From the NCBI GenBank assembly GCA_964016885.1, contig OZ024742.1:69130001-69194000 (forward strand): 64,000 nucleotides of DNA, given 5' to 3'. The position numbers were made by a program, and so were the translations under genes. The notes under the pieces were generated by a model. The model saw only the letters and a program-made list of their open reading frames with translations, was not told where the DNA came from and ran no database searches. Positions 13,053 to 26,559 of the stretch are shown here, piece after piece (the first letter of the stretch is position 1; every line of letters begins with the position of its first letter). The DNA comes from Eledone cirrhosa. Taxonomy: Eukaryota.

Positions 13053-13762
13053 TAATTAAATTAAATTAAATTAAGGGAGTCATGTCCGAGACATGCGCCA
13101 TATCCACCGTAGAATAAGCTCAAAGATTCCGATGAATAGATCCGAGAATTTTATATCAACTAGGAATTGATTGACATATATATATATTTAAAATAAACAC
13201 ATGAAACAATCACAGGGGATAATTTGTAAAGTGTGTAATCACATATAGCTATGTAGGTAATTAATTAAAGTTTAACTAGAGCTTCAAATATTACCTTTTT
13301 AAAAATCTTCCTTGTATATATTTCATTAAAGAAATATATTTCACCAATAATCCGTAAAGTCACAGTAGTCAAATCTTGGATCTTCAGCAAGGGACAAGAT
13401 TTAACTATCTGTGTTTACACATCAAATGCAAATCTGCGAGTGAGCCTCCACACGTGTTGCATTTCTAAAACTACTAACAACATGCTAACGTACTCCCATT
13501 GGCGTGAATAGGGTGATCGACAGCTATAAATAGGAGCCGGGTCCTTTCAACTGAATAAGCTCTACAATTAAGGAGCCATTTATATATCTAAAATTAATTA
13601 AATTAAATTAAATTAAGGGAGTCATGTCCGAGACATGCGCCATATCCACCGTAGAATAAGCTCAAAGGTTCCAATAGATCCGAGCATTTTATGCCAACTA
13701 GAAATTGATTGACATATATATATATATTTAAAATAAACACATGAAACAATCACAGGGGATAA
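13049..13762. mobile_element. Non-coding element with ~170-bp terminal direct repeats, next to (TA)n
   Basis: AAATTAATTAAATTAAATTAAATTAAGGGAGTCATGTCCGAG..ACAGGGGATAAT at ~13049-13222 and ~13591-13763. Confidence 0.6.
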
Positions 13763-13976
13763 TATATATATATATATCATTAACCCACCACCACCAGATA
13801 CACACCCAAATTCATCTTTAAGGTATTCTTTATACATTTAAGATAGCTGATTCAGCTATAAGAAAGGAATTTAAAAAATTAAAAAAAAGGGTACTTTTAC
13901 AAGTCCTTTCTTAAACATTCCTTAAACACGTCAAAACCACTCCCAATCAATTATCTTGCTGGTACAATTCACTATT

Positions 13977-14032
<56 letters not shown>

Positions 14033-14333
14033 TTTAATTCCTTTAAATCTTCAACAACACTACTTCACTCCCACACTCATTAACCCCCCCCCCCCCCGTC
14101 AGACACAAATCGCTCATATATAGAGTCACACATCACAACACAACCTGATCCCAGTTTGACAATCGCCACCGATGAATGCGAGAAAGTTCTCCAGGAAAGT
14201 TAACCAGGAATCTTTAAAAATCTCCCCACCGAAGTTAACAAAGAACTTACTAGATCTACAAAACCAAGTTGTAAAAATCATAATATTATAAAATTAAATC
14301 AAATTGTATATATATATATACATATATATATAT

Positions 14334-14424
<91 letters not shown>

Positions 14425-14464
14425 AGAGAGAGAGAGATATGTGTGTATGTGTGTGTGTATTATA

Positions 14465-14641
14465 ACCTACCATGGCGGCCAGGTTTGTCGATATCCCCAC
14501 GATGGGCCCTGGAAACTGATCTCTGAGTTCAATCAAGCGAACGACAATCTGAGACCAAGCCATACTCAAGAAGAAGAAGAAGAAGAAGAAGAAGAAGAAG
14601 AAGAAGAAGAAGAAGAAGAAGAAGAAGAAGAAGAAGAAGAA
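14465..14641 (+). mobile_element. Probable LINE 3' tail ending in (GAA)n, abutting the donor site of the TM exon
   Basis: Unique ~105 bp followed by (GAA)n at 14570-14641, the same tail type as the RTE copies at 3773 and 28031. Confidence 0.4.
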
Positions 14642-14646
14642 CTTAC

Positions 14647-14814
14647 CATGGTCTTCATAGTTCTGGAACGTGTATATAATCTTTAGAATGAACGTTAGTC
14701 GGTATCTCCACATCACATACACCATGATAATGAGGACGATGCTGAGGATTAATGGAATGGCAAGAAAACCCAAGTAGCGTTTATCCCATTCCGTCACCAG
14801 AATATCCTCCTTTT
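14647..14814 (-). CDS. Transmembrane exon, probably of gene A
   Basis: Acceptor TTCTTTTTAG| at 14815 (phase 1, matching the donor at 21082). Encodes [56 protein letters not shown] (hydrophobic helix + basic stop-transfer). Phase-1 donor CATG|GTAAGT at 14646. Confidence 0.8.
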
Positions 14815-15289
14815 CTAAAAAGAACATAATATTAATGACAGTTATTTTTGTGTGGGGTGCGGTACTAAAGGGTAACATATAGAAGAAATGTCCATTCGAG
14901 CAAAGGTTAGGTCTAAGTGCAAGTAGGATGAAACTAGTTTCCATCAGAGAAGAGATCACTGAAATGTTAAGCGACAGAAAAGAGGATTCAGTTTAATCTT
15001 GTAGAAATTGCATCGGTGACGCCAGAATACACAATTTAATGTATGTATATAACGTTTCAACAATAGGACAGAAGGAAAAAAATATATATAATTAAGAGAT
15101 GAAGCTTGTCAAAGAGAATGGACATAGTTTGGTCGTTTCCCCATGCACTCAATATGTAACAAACATTTTACTTTCTTTTTATCTTTGGTCAATAAGTGCT
15201 ATTTCCTGCTTTCTTCTGCCTAGAAATAATAGGAAAAGACTATTATTCTCCTCTAACTTTGCTTTTGTGACTTGGACAGCCACTGGTTG

Positions 15290-15780
15290 ATCCCCGGAAG
15301 GTATTGTTCGGACCATGTCATTTAAAATTGGGCCTTATGAAACAGTTTGTCACAGCTCTAGATAAGGAGTAGGCAGCCTTCTAGTACCTTCGAGACTTCT
15401 TCCCTAAGCTGTCTGAGGCAAAAGTGAAAGCCGGTGTTTTCGTCCGACCACATATACAGAAGATCATAGAGTGCAATTCCCCAAGAAGCTCACTAAGACA
15501 GAAGTGGCAGCATGGAACAGATTTATTGCAGTAGTACGAGCCTTCCTGTGGAATCACACGACCGAAAAATTATGTGGAGCTTGATGAGACCCTAGTGACG
15601 AACTTCAGCAAAATGGGTTGCAGGATGTCCCTCAAAGTATATATCCTTGACGCTCATCTTCATAAATTGAAGGGCAACATGGGAACTTACTCTCAAGAGC
15701 AAGGTGAGCACTTTCACCAGAATATACTTGACTTTGAACGTCGCTACCAAGGATCATATAATGAAAACATTATATGGTGA
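15290..15780 (+). mobile_element. DNA transposase pseudogene fragment (superfamily not determined)
   Basis: HLKLGLMKQFVTAL..LFPKLSEAKVKAGVF..MGCRMSLKVYILDAHL..YSQEQGEHFHQNILDFERRYQG, a C-terminal motif of a widespread invertebrate transposase family. Confidence 0.6.
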
Positions 15781-15781
15781 A

Positions 15782-16330
15782 GTCCAGCAGAAGCAAGGGG
15801 GTCTGTGTAAATGAGGTGATTAATCTCATTTGCATATGAAGCTGCATAAGTTGGCTCAACTTATAATGTACATCACCAGAGGGCGTTAGCCCCCCGGTGC
15901 TTGCATAGCTACGGCTTCCTAAAACCGTATTTCTTTGGAGATACGAAATATTTATACATATTGTATAAAGCTATGCTTGAAGCGAAATCCTATTTCTTTT
16001 TTATTATAAGTTGAGCCAACTTATGAAGCTTCATATGCAAATGAGATTAATCACTTCATTTACACAGACGAGAAAACTATATATTCTCGCCTGTCTTCTA
16101 GTCCAGCAGGCGCAAGCGGTGGGAGCGACTGTCCTGACGATGGCCAGTTAAGCCTGAAGTGCATAGACGGTTGTTCCCCTTGCTTCTGCTGGACATCACC
16201 AGAGGGCGTTAGCCCCCCCCCCCCCCGGTGTTTGCATAGCTACGGCTTCCTAAAACCGTATTTCTTTGGAGATACGAAATATTTATACATATTGTCTAAT
16301 GCTATGCTTGAAGCGAAATCCTATTTCTTT
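15782..16330 (+). mobile_element. Hammerhead-bearing element: 323-bp unit + partial repeat + inverted 5' piece
   Basis: 15870-16000 is repeated at 16193-16330; 15802-15867 is the inverse of 16004-16068; 15782-15800 is the inverse of 16176-16194. Confidence 0.65.
16121..16178 (+). ncRNA. Type I hammerhead motif with 13-bp stem I (GAAA mutated to GAAG)
   Basis: GGGAGCGACTGTC-CTGACGA-T-GGC CAGTTAA GCC-T-GAAG-TGCA TA-GACGGTTGTTCCC. Confidence 0.6.
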
Positions 16331-16864
16331 TATATATACTATAAATTAGAATGCATGTGTGTATAAGTGTATGTTTCTCAAACGCTTCGAAACGGTGCAT
16401 CCTAGAGAAAAACGGTTTTCATTTTCGAAATCTGTTTCCCAATGAGAATGTTTTAGGGTTGTAAATTATCAAAAAATGTAATTGTTACGAGATATAAACT
16501 TCATATCGCCAATATAGAATATCATTAGGACCCACAACTGTTAGAATACCTCTCTCTCTATATATCTATCTGTCTCTGTATTTTACGCTTTTCCCATCTG
16601 TATATATCTTTACCACACACTCTCTCACTCTCTTTCTATATCTTCTCTGGTGGTGGTGATGGTGGTAGTATTGGTGGAGTGGTGGTAGTGGTGATGGTGG
16701 TAGCAGTTGTTGTGATAGTTGTAGTAGTGGTAGTGGTGTTAGTAATAGTAATAATAGTAGTGGTAGTAGTAGTTGTGGTTGTAGTAGTAGTGGTGATGGT
16801 GGTAGCAGTTGTTGTGATAGTAGTAGTAGTGGTAGTGGTGGTAGTAGTAGTAATAATAGTAATG

Positions 16865-16926
<62 letters not shown>

Positions 16927-16974
16927 GGTAGTAGTAGTAGTGTGGTGGTGGTGGTAGTAGTATTGGTGGTGGGG

Positions 16975-17011
<37 letters not shown>

Positions 17012-17893
17012 AAGTAGGGGAGGAGGGGGACGAGGAAATTTTAGACAAACTCTCTCAGTCATTCCAAAAAGCAATAAGATTGATCAAATCCGAGCCTGTT
17101 TGAAAAAATATCAAAGATTTGAAGCTCGCTACAAACATGAAACATATCTTGGTAGAGACGAACAATCAGAGCAGTTCTCCCACAATCTATTAATGCTTGG
17201 GGACGGAGGACTTCCTGTAGTTAAAAAGGGGGTTATTGATATGTCACATAGGCACGAAGGTGGAATCATTATTCCAACTCATAGAAAAAAATGTTCCCTA
17301 ACCTTGAATAACAAGTCACAGTGGGTCAGGGAAAGGGCTTTATTGGCCGAGAAAAATGTGACTGTGAAATTAGTAAATGAAGAGCTGTTAAAAAGAATTC
17401 CAAAGTGTTCGAAGCTCTATCGATCTGTCAACACCGTGGTGGAACAGTTGAAAGCTGTCAATTACTCGATAGAGTTTCTCAATTCTTTATAACCATCAGG
17501 AATGCCTTCACCTGTTATTAAGGCTATGCAACGTCACTCGATTTGTTGTGGAAAATATGTATCCACACATGATTCAAGCCACCATTTCAACAGGATGTGG
17601 TAGGGAAGAGGATCTATTCGTCCCAAGAATTACTCTTATCCCCACTTCAATTCAAACAATTTCAATTTCCCGTGGGTCTTTTGGTTTATACATTGAAGAG
17701 CCACAGGTTTATACATTAAATTAAACCTGTGGGAAAACAACAAACATTGTTTATACAAACATTATAAATTGACCCAATTAATAAAGAAACTCATCCTTTG
17801 CGGAAGACGTGGTCTGACATGGAATAAAAAAAAAATTGAAATAAAGGCATACTATTCTGATTATTACCTGGCAACGACGGGCTACACAGATAG
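16331..17893 (+). mobile_element. Internally deleted Helitron with PIF1-helicase remnant and (GTA/GTG)n tract
   Basis: 17100-17680 encodes QFSHNLLMLGDG..ERALLAEKN..NYSIEFLNSL*PSGMP..VPRITLIP..QFPV; 3' hairpin ACCTGGCAACGACGGG then ATAG|T (decayed CTAG). Confidence 0.65.
16645..17015. repeat. Compound (GTA/GTG)n trinucleotide tract; representative of abundant (TA)n, (CA)n, (GAA)n, (TAA)n and (GA)n microsatellites
   Basis: Directly visible. Confidence 0.95.
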
Positions 17894-18199
17894 TATATAT
17901 ATATATATACATACATGTGTGTGTGTGTGTGTGTTTGTGTCTGTGTGTGTGTTTGTGTGTATGTGCATATGTGTGAGTGTGTGTGTGTATGTATGTATAT
18001 ACGTATGTATGAACACGTAATACGTAACTTCTGATGGAGTGGTGGGGTGCCGTCATGACCTAAGTAGTGCCTTGAGCACTTTAAACCTAGTGAGGCCCAT
18101 TTCATTTCCAAGTTGGAACCAAGCCTATTTTTTCCAGAGAAAAAGAGGAGGTTATAGAGAAGAAATGAGAAGAAAGGAGAAAGAGATATAGAGGAAGTA

Positions 18200-18350
18200 T
18201 CAACCCCAGTACTGAACTGGTGCTTTATTTTATCGACCTAGCAAAGATGAAACACGAAGTCGACCTCGGCAAGATTTGAACTGAGAGAACCCAGAGACCG
18301 GGAACGGATACCGCAATGGATTCTATCCAACGTTTTATCTAATCTGTCAA
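18200..18350 (-). mobile_element. Old SINE S1-like copy
   Basis: ACCCCAGTACTGAACTGGTGCTTTATTTTATCGAC..GATTTGAAC. Confidence 0.65.
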
Positions 18351-18369
18351 TACGTCGCACACACACACA

Positions 18370-18456
<87 letters not shown>

Positions 18457-18459
<3 letters not shown>

Positions 18460-19779
18460 GGTTGCACCGATTAATCGATATCCTCTTTTTTGCCAAAGCA
18501 TCAGAATTGATAATCGACCATTTTTGTTTTAGAATTATTATTGACAGGCACATATCCAGGAGCAAGAAAACCATAGGCGACGGGAATAGTAAATACCTAA
18601 GAAACATATTTCTTACATAGACTCCTTTACTACCCTAAATGTATATGTATTTAACTGATTGTTTAGAAAGGAATGAATTTAAAAATTATAAAGTTTCATA
18701 TTACATATTTATTTAAAGGTATTAAAAGCATTTTCCAGTAATAATAATTCCTTACTAGTTAAACTTACTCAAACAAAAAATATAAATTGATAATCAAATT
18801 TATAATATAAAAACAAACATTTCTCTAATTTCGGAGTATAGCTCATTTCCTGCAGGCTCGTATATGTTATCCTCATTACTGAACACTCTTACAATTTCAA
18901 CAAGGCAGCTAAGGCACTGAGATATTTCAAAGCAAGCTTGCTCAAACGAAGAAAAAGATCTTTTGAATTTCTACACCACAAAAATGCATCATATTTTGGT
19001 AGCAGGAGTAAATTTACATATTATTCCAATTCAATTTTTTTATCACAACATACAGTTTTCCTCATTCATTTAATTTTACTTTTTGTCTTTTTTCATTGGG
19101 ATTGCTATATCATCAAGTAAATTCAAAACATTTAGTTATACCTCTCTGTATTTGCGAGGCACTTACATACAAACAATGAACAGATTCTTTACTAACTAGA
19201 CTAGGAATTGAACAACTTTTGTGGCTTCAGCTTAAGTGAATCCACTATGCCAACCTGCTTTGGCATATCACAACGCCACGACTGACGAGTACTGGAAAAT
19301 GATCAGGTTGAGTTTAGATAGCTAACAATAGATATGTTAACAGAAATTCTACGTGTTGTGTTCTATGAATATTTGGGTAAACAACAAACAACTTTTGACT
19401 TTATATCACTATAACTATTCATACTACATAGGTTAGTATTATGGTCTCTCAAAGATTAAATAAAAAGTAAACCTGTGTGTAGGTACAAAATGTGAGGCAT
19501 GTTGTTAGCAGAAGTCTGTGCTGTTATATAACATAATTAATGGTAATAAAAAGTAGAAACTACTGTAAAATCTGCCTAACATTTCGGTATATGCTCTTGC
19601 ATAGTAGTTCCGTAATTGCGATTAATTAAGAAATATTATAGCATATTACTGACAACTAATTATAAGAGGTATTTTCATATCATAATATACAATTACATAA
19701 TAGATAGTTAATAGGAATCGGCTCATCAATGAAGGCAAAATAATCGCTAATCGAGCAGTTTGTTTATCGGTGCACTGTA
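18457..19779 (-). mobile_element. Deleted hAT (Ac-like) DNA transposon
   Basis: Imperfect TIRs TAGGGTTGCACCGAT (18457) and ATCGGTGCACTGTA (ending 19779); minus-strand 18840-19000 gives FLWCRNSK..LSKLALKYLSALAA..VFSNEDNIY, like the hAT C-terminal dimerization domain. Confidence 0.65.
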
Positions 19780-19814
19780 ATATATAATATAATATAATAT
19801 AATATTATATACAT

Positions 19815-20531
<717 letters not shown>

Positions 20532-20838
20532 TAAAATAACAGATTAAAGTTTAAGGAAAGAATCGCTGCTTTCACCCTTAACGGGATCTTCTGAAACTAA
20601 CAAAGCTAATCTGTAAACGCAGAAGTGGATATTTAAAAAAACGTTGCAACCGGAGGAAGACGGGAAGACGATACTTTGGTTCGTGGAAACGTTCCCTTCA
20701 CATAACATACAGGTAATATATACTTACCTATGCAAATAAGTAATGGTATAAACATATAAATATAACATATACTTAGCTAGCACATCAAGACGTAAAATAT
20801 CATCTTTGTATTTTAGTCTTCAAATTTATTATTATTAC

Positions 20839-20923
<85 letters not shown>

Positions 20924-21082
20924 GATTCTTCAGACGAATTACATATGTTCAACTAGAACGTCAACCGTATAAATCTGACCAATTTGAACTGGCCAATGAA
21001 ATACACGGGCGCTGCCATTTTCCCATTCTATGCAATAAAAAAGTATAAATTTGAACTGTAGTTATAAAAAACTTTCACTAAC

Positions 21083-21687
21083 CTTCTTCAGTGCAATTTG
21101 AACTTGGTAAAAACTTTCCCTGACATGCACACATTTCCTCTTTATTTCGTATGATACAGTCTCCGTTAGAACAGTTGCGGGAACATTGTATATTACATGT
21201 CTGTCCAATCCATCCATCATCACATTGACATTGAAACATCTCTTCAGTTAATTTTATACAGTTGCCGTGAACACAAACCAGCACATGGCATTTTTCACGA
21301 TCGCATTGCCTTCCTGTATATCCAGGTTCACATTTGCATTCTGACTTGCAGCTTTCATTATAAAATGTGCAATTACCATGATTGTTGCACGTATCTTGTG
21401 TACATTCGTTTCTGCATGTTTTTGCGATGTTATTCTTTGACTGTTCGCAAAATTTACCGTCGAAATTTTGCAGGCAGATACAGTTTACCGTACAATTGAT
21501 ATGAGTTTCACACGTCCCTCCGTTCTCGCAAGGATTACCGAATGAGCATGGGTTGAAGCCGCATATTAATGTTTCGTAAACAGGGAAACATGCAATGAAT
21601 GTAATCGCATATACAAACAACTTTAAAAATGACATTTCCAGTTTGTATTTTGTTTTTAAATAATTATCCATCCCTGCGTTGAAAAAT
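21083..21687 (-). CDS. Exon of EGF-repeat type I membrane protein (gene A): signal peptide + 4 EGF-like repeats; ATG at 21671 or 21635
   Basis: ORF MSFLKLFVYAITFIACFPVYET (signal peptide-like) is followed by CENGGTC..CICLQNFDGKFCE, CNNHGNC..CKCEPGYTGRQCD, CVHGNC..CQCDDGWIGQTC and CSNGDC..CACQGKFLPSSNC. Acceptor TTTTTGCAG| at 21688; phase-1 donor GAAG|GTTAGT at 21082. Confidence 0.85.
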
Positions 21688-22210
21688 CTGCAAAAATCAA
21701 AGAAACTCCATAAAAAAGGTTTTCATTTCAAAATAGAAGAAAAATAGATGAAGATGAAGTGTAAATTAGACATTGTGTGTCAATACTCGTGAAAAATACA
21801 TCGTAATATAAATCCGTGTAAGAAATTATAATTTATTTGAAGTATTGCTGTTTAAGTATGTATAAATAGGAAGGTACTGAAGGACACTTCACATTGCTGG
21901 GTTGGGGAAGACTTTATTTATTACACGCTAAGAGCCTGTTACAGCTAAAATTGGGAAGACGCTTATTTTCTCTAAACTTATATTGTTAAATGACATCTAT
22001 TTCCAAATAGGATTGTCAAAATTAACTTTAAACCCTTGTCAGAAGTGTTTAGTACTAATATTACTAAACCTCTAGATCCGTATTTCTGTTTGGATGTTTC
22101 TGAAATTTGGCGAAAGCAGTTCATCGTACTGCAAAACTTTTTCGACTAACGCATTTTAATTACAATCCCGTTTTCTTTAAATAACTTACAGCACATTACT
22201 CGCACTGGAA

Positions 22211-22638
22211 ATAATTTTTTCTTGTATAAATGAGTAGAAAAACGAAATCAGTAGAAAAAAATGAAAGCGAGATACTATAAATAAATTCAACTAACCACAC
22301 ACAATAACAAACACACAAACGCACAGAGGCAAACTATACAACGACGTATTCAAATGAATACACACACATGTACACGCCGAAACACGTGCGAAAATGCACG
22401 CACAGACAAATAAATATAAAAAGTAACAGACACATACACACAAAGCACAAAACTTAAATACAGAGACATAAGTGGTTATTTGAACGACGAGTTTGCCTCT
22501 ACGAAATAGGTCACTCTACAAAAATTATGAACCTCAGAACAAAGGAGTGGCACATTTGCCAACATATCCTATTTATACAATCACATATCTTAATTCTACA
22601 ATTACATGGGATGATCACACCTGAAATGCTTTAGATTA

Positions 22639-22693
<55 letters not shown>

Positions 22694-24078
22694 GAAAATG
22701 TATGACCCCGACGGCAGAGCTCAAGCCGTTTCGACGGCTATTTCTGGACTAAATTAAAATTTTTAGTGGTAAATAAATAGCCGAAGTTTTCAAGGGGTAA
22801 TTCCTTTTATGGGAAGATTGTAGTTGTCAAGAGGATTGGTCAAAATTTCTTTTAAACACAATTAAGTCTATCATGGCAGTGGATGGGAGGTGGGGGTGGC
22901 TGAACTTGCATGTAGAACAATGAGAGAGTGGGTGGAGCCGGTCAAGCGTGAAAGTAAATTCTGTACAGCTATTTATTTACCACGCTAAAAATTCTAATTT
23001 AGTCCAGAAAAGCCGTCGAAACGGCTTGAGCTCTGCCGTCGGGGTCATACATTTTCCTATTACCCACTCTACTACCTTAAGTATTGAGTACTCTGGTGCG
23101 TTATGGTCCATCTGGTTCCTTACCACAACTCTTTCGTTATATATATATACATATATATATATATACCCCATCTCCACCTCACCCCCACCACTCCCTCCAT
23201 CTCCTCTTTCACCCCACTTGTTGTCACCATACTCTCTGACCTACCCCATCTCCGCACCTGAGCGCTCACTTCTCAGTAGAGACCTTCGCTTCATACCCCA
23301 CACTCCGCACAGCGACGAGTTCCGCACCCGAACGGAAGTCGAGTGATTCGTGCGACGCACGAAGCTACAGGCACATTTTCATCAAACGTCACCGGCTCCG
23401 AACGCCCCAGACCCGTTTCTCGCCCTGGGCCGACGACCATCGTCTTGTACGCCGGCACCAGGGCAATTTAGCACCCTGGACGCGTTCGTTGTCGCCTGTT
23501 GTAGCGCAGTAAATCGCTTTGACTTCCGCCACCGTTCCAAACGGCATAACATCTCACGGGGCGAACTCTTCGCTCTCCGCTCCCTCCGTAGCCGAGATGA
23601 TATCGTCATCAAACTGGCGGACAAGGGAGGCGCCGTGGTGGTGTGGCGCGCTGACCTCTACACGGCCGAAACCCTCAGGCAGCTCCATAATAATTTTTTC
23701 TTGTATAAATCAGTAGAAAATCGAAATCAGTAGAAAAAATGAAAGTGAGATACTATAGATAAATTCAACTAACCACATACAATAACAAACACACAAACAC
23801 ACACAGGCAAACTATACAACGACGTATTCAAATGAACACACACACATGTACACGCCGAAACACGTGCGAAAATGCCCGCACAGACAAATAAATACGAAAA
23901 CTAACAGACACATACACACAAAGCACAACACTTAAATACAGAGACCTATGTGGCTATTTGAACGACGAGTTCGCCTCTACGAAATAGGTCAGTCTAAAAA
24001 ATTATGAACTATAGTACCTCAGAACAAAGGAATGCCACATTTGCCAACATATCCTAAATTATACAATTACATGGGATA
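22211..24078 (+). repeat. ~400-bp direct duplication (22211-22613 / 23690-24078) flanking a Penelope insertion
   Basis: ATAATTTTTTCTTGTATAAAT..AATTACATGGGAT is present twice with scattered substitutions. Confidence 0.85.
22694..23688 (+). mobile_element. Penelope-like element 5' portion with inverted pseudo-LTR
   Basis: 23220-23688 encodes LTYPISAPERSLLSRDLRFIP..ISRGELFALRSLRSRDDIVIKLADKGGAVVVW (PLE DKG motif); 22694-22780 is an inverted copy of 22968-23056; same family as 37490-37690. Confidence 0.8.
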
Positions 24079-24199
24079 ATATATCTACTCAATTAGGGCT
24101 GACATGAAGTTGCAGAAAAGAAGCAAAACAAACAAACAAAACAAAAACTATATCGAACCAGTGAGACTATGTAGTCCGCGTGCCACGAGATATATCAGT

Positions 24200-24246
<47 letters not shown>

Positions 24247-24250
<4 letters not shown>

Positions 24251-24868
24251 TGGAGGCTTAGTAAAATCGAATCTTTGGCTGTGGGCAAGCAAATTCGACC
24301 TACAATATGAATGAGTTAACAAAGCACTCGATAAGGGTAGGTCCTTAGAATAATAACATACGTTTGAATAGCTTGACAAATTGAACATTGTGGTAGGCAA
24401 AATCTAACACACAATACCAAAGTAACGAAAAACTAACAGGTTGACAAAATACACCTGGACAAATCAAACGTTATACGTTTAAAGTGTTTCTATGAAATCC
24501 GAAATCAAATATCAGACTTACGTAACTGGCAAGCTCGTGGTATTCATGTTCAAACAGAGGCCTCATTTCATCAACAGGAATTTCGTTCTACCAAAGAACG
24601 GGGCGAACACTAAATGGTACTGCTAACAGCAAGCGAATCGAACATTTAGTTGTCACGTGTTATTTCCAACAAGGGAAATAACCCCCGGTTTTTGGCGGGT
24701 AGATTCAAAGTGTTAGGAAATATTATAATTTCCGCTAACATTCAGATTGAAGTTCTCAACCAGATGTTATTAAACAAACACAAATAATTAACCAATCAAC
24801 AGAATTTCTAATTAAATTAATTAGTTAATTATTAAATCTAGGAGTAAATAATATAAGTGGAGGCTTAG

Positions 24869-24872
<4 letters not shown>
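24247..24872 (-). mobile_element. Non-coding terminally redundant element, same family as 49151-49915 (opposite orientation)
   Basis: ATAAGTGGAGGCTTAGTAAA at 24247 and 24853; reverse-complement homology along 49260-49915; flanked by (TA)n. Confidence 0.7.
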
Positions 24873-24910
<38 letters not shown>

Positions 24911-24915
<5 letters not shown>

Positions 24916-25850
24916 ATGTATATATAATGTATTTTGCAATACACTTTATGCTTAATTAAAAGCATTTTGAAGACCGTAAGCTATTGTTTTAAAGTAGTGA
25001 CAAATTCACTCACTTTGATTTCAGCAAACAGGGGAGATAAGCCGACAAGTCTTGTTTCGCTTTGGTTGAAGCTTATCAAGGCCAACTACCCCACCTGTTT
25101 TTAATTTTTAATTTCTGCCTGACCAATAACTGCTCTGCATAATCAGCTCCTGATTATTTACTAGATTTCTATAAGAATATAACATCAATGATCTCAGTAA
25201 ACAGGTGGGGTAGTTGGCCTTGATAAGCTTCAACCAAAGCGAAACAAGACTTGTCGGCTTATCTCCCCTGTTTGCTGAGATCAAAGTGAGTGAATTTGTC
25301 ACTACTTTAAAACAATAGCTTACGGTCTTCAAAATGCTTTTAATTAAGCATAAAGTGTATTGCAAAATACATTATATATACATCCATATATATATATTGC
25401 TATTTCAGAGCTCCAATTCTAATATATATATATATATATAAGAATTGGTGCTCTGAAATAGCGATAAATATATGAATGTATATATAGTGTATTTTGCAAT
25501 ACACGGTATGCTTAATTAAAAACATTTTGAAGACCTTACGCTATTGTTTTAAAGTATTGTTTTAAAAAATTGGAAATTAGAATTGGTGCTCTGAAATAGC
25601 GATATATATAGTGTATTATGCAATACACTGTATGCATAATTTTCAGCAGACAAAGGGAGTGCTAAGTTCTGAAGAGTACCAACAGTACAAAACAGAGATC
25701 TGTCAGCTTATCTCCCTTTGTTTGCTGAAAAAAGAAGTAAGTGACATAGTCACTACTTTAAAACAATAGCGTAAGGTTTTCAAAATGCTTTTAATTAAGC
25801 ATACAGTGTATTGCAAAATACACTATAGATACATTCATATATATATTTTC
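24911..25850. mobile_element. Inverted and rearranged copies of hammerhead family H
   Basis: Near-perfect 190-bp inverted repeat 24911-25100/25199-25390; further copies at 25396-25850; hammerhead-like motifs at 25041-25082(-), 25217-25258(+) and 25664-25709(+). Confidence 0.7.
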
Positions 25851-26559
25851 AAACGATATACAAAAAGTCTCTTTCCTATATCTAGTTGAGAAACAACTAG
25901 TATCATGTCCATCTATAATATAATAAAGGGAGGAGTGCGTTGGATTACTTTGCATAAATATTGAATGAATCTAAACTCTAATAAAGTAAGGACTGCGGGA
26001 CTGCGTACGGTTTATTTCTTTTAATCCAGTTAGTAAAATAAGTTGGATTACTTTGAATAAATAATGAATGAATATTACATAATTTATCTATTCAATTTCG
26101 TAAACAAATAATTTCGTAAAAATGAATAATTTAAAATTGACTTATTTCAAAATAGTACTTCCGGTATATCGTCGCCACCACAACCACTTCAACTACCATA
26201 TATATAGAAAGAGAGAGTATGTGATGAGAGAGATAGAGAGATTATGATTTTCTACGCGCTGATGTGTATGAGTGTGCACGTACATACATCGATATGTATG
26301 AGTATATAACTATTATGAGTATATAACTATAATCGCGCAAACACAAACTTATAAAAATACACTCTCACGGACATAATTCACACAAATACACATACAGTCA
26401 CACATACGTTCACACAAACATACATACATTCACACTTACTTTCACACAAACGTACATATATTTCACACATATACATTTACACAAACATACACATACAGTC
26501 ATGATAACGTTCGGTGACTTGGAAATGGGAGGGTAAAACAAGTATAACGTTTTATTTAT

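Noticed and set aside
14294-14959. 221-aa ORF as a single-exon membrane protein
   Set aside because: Only 14647-14814 is bounded by splice sites; the rest is intron, (TTC)n and (TA)n read-through.
18975-19010. Minus-strand LLPKYDAFLW resembling TIR box 1 (YDAF) inside gene A
   Set aside because: It lies upstream of the TM exon in transcript order and continues as a hAT dimerization-domain remnant inside TIR-bounded transposon sequence.
20560-20600. Hammerhead-like CAGAAGA..GAAA on minus (also 3090-3125, 32298-32350, 37930-37965, 43180-43280)
   Set aside because: Core nucleotides are mutated or stems are incomplete, so these were not called as ribozymes; they may be decayed relics.
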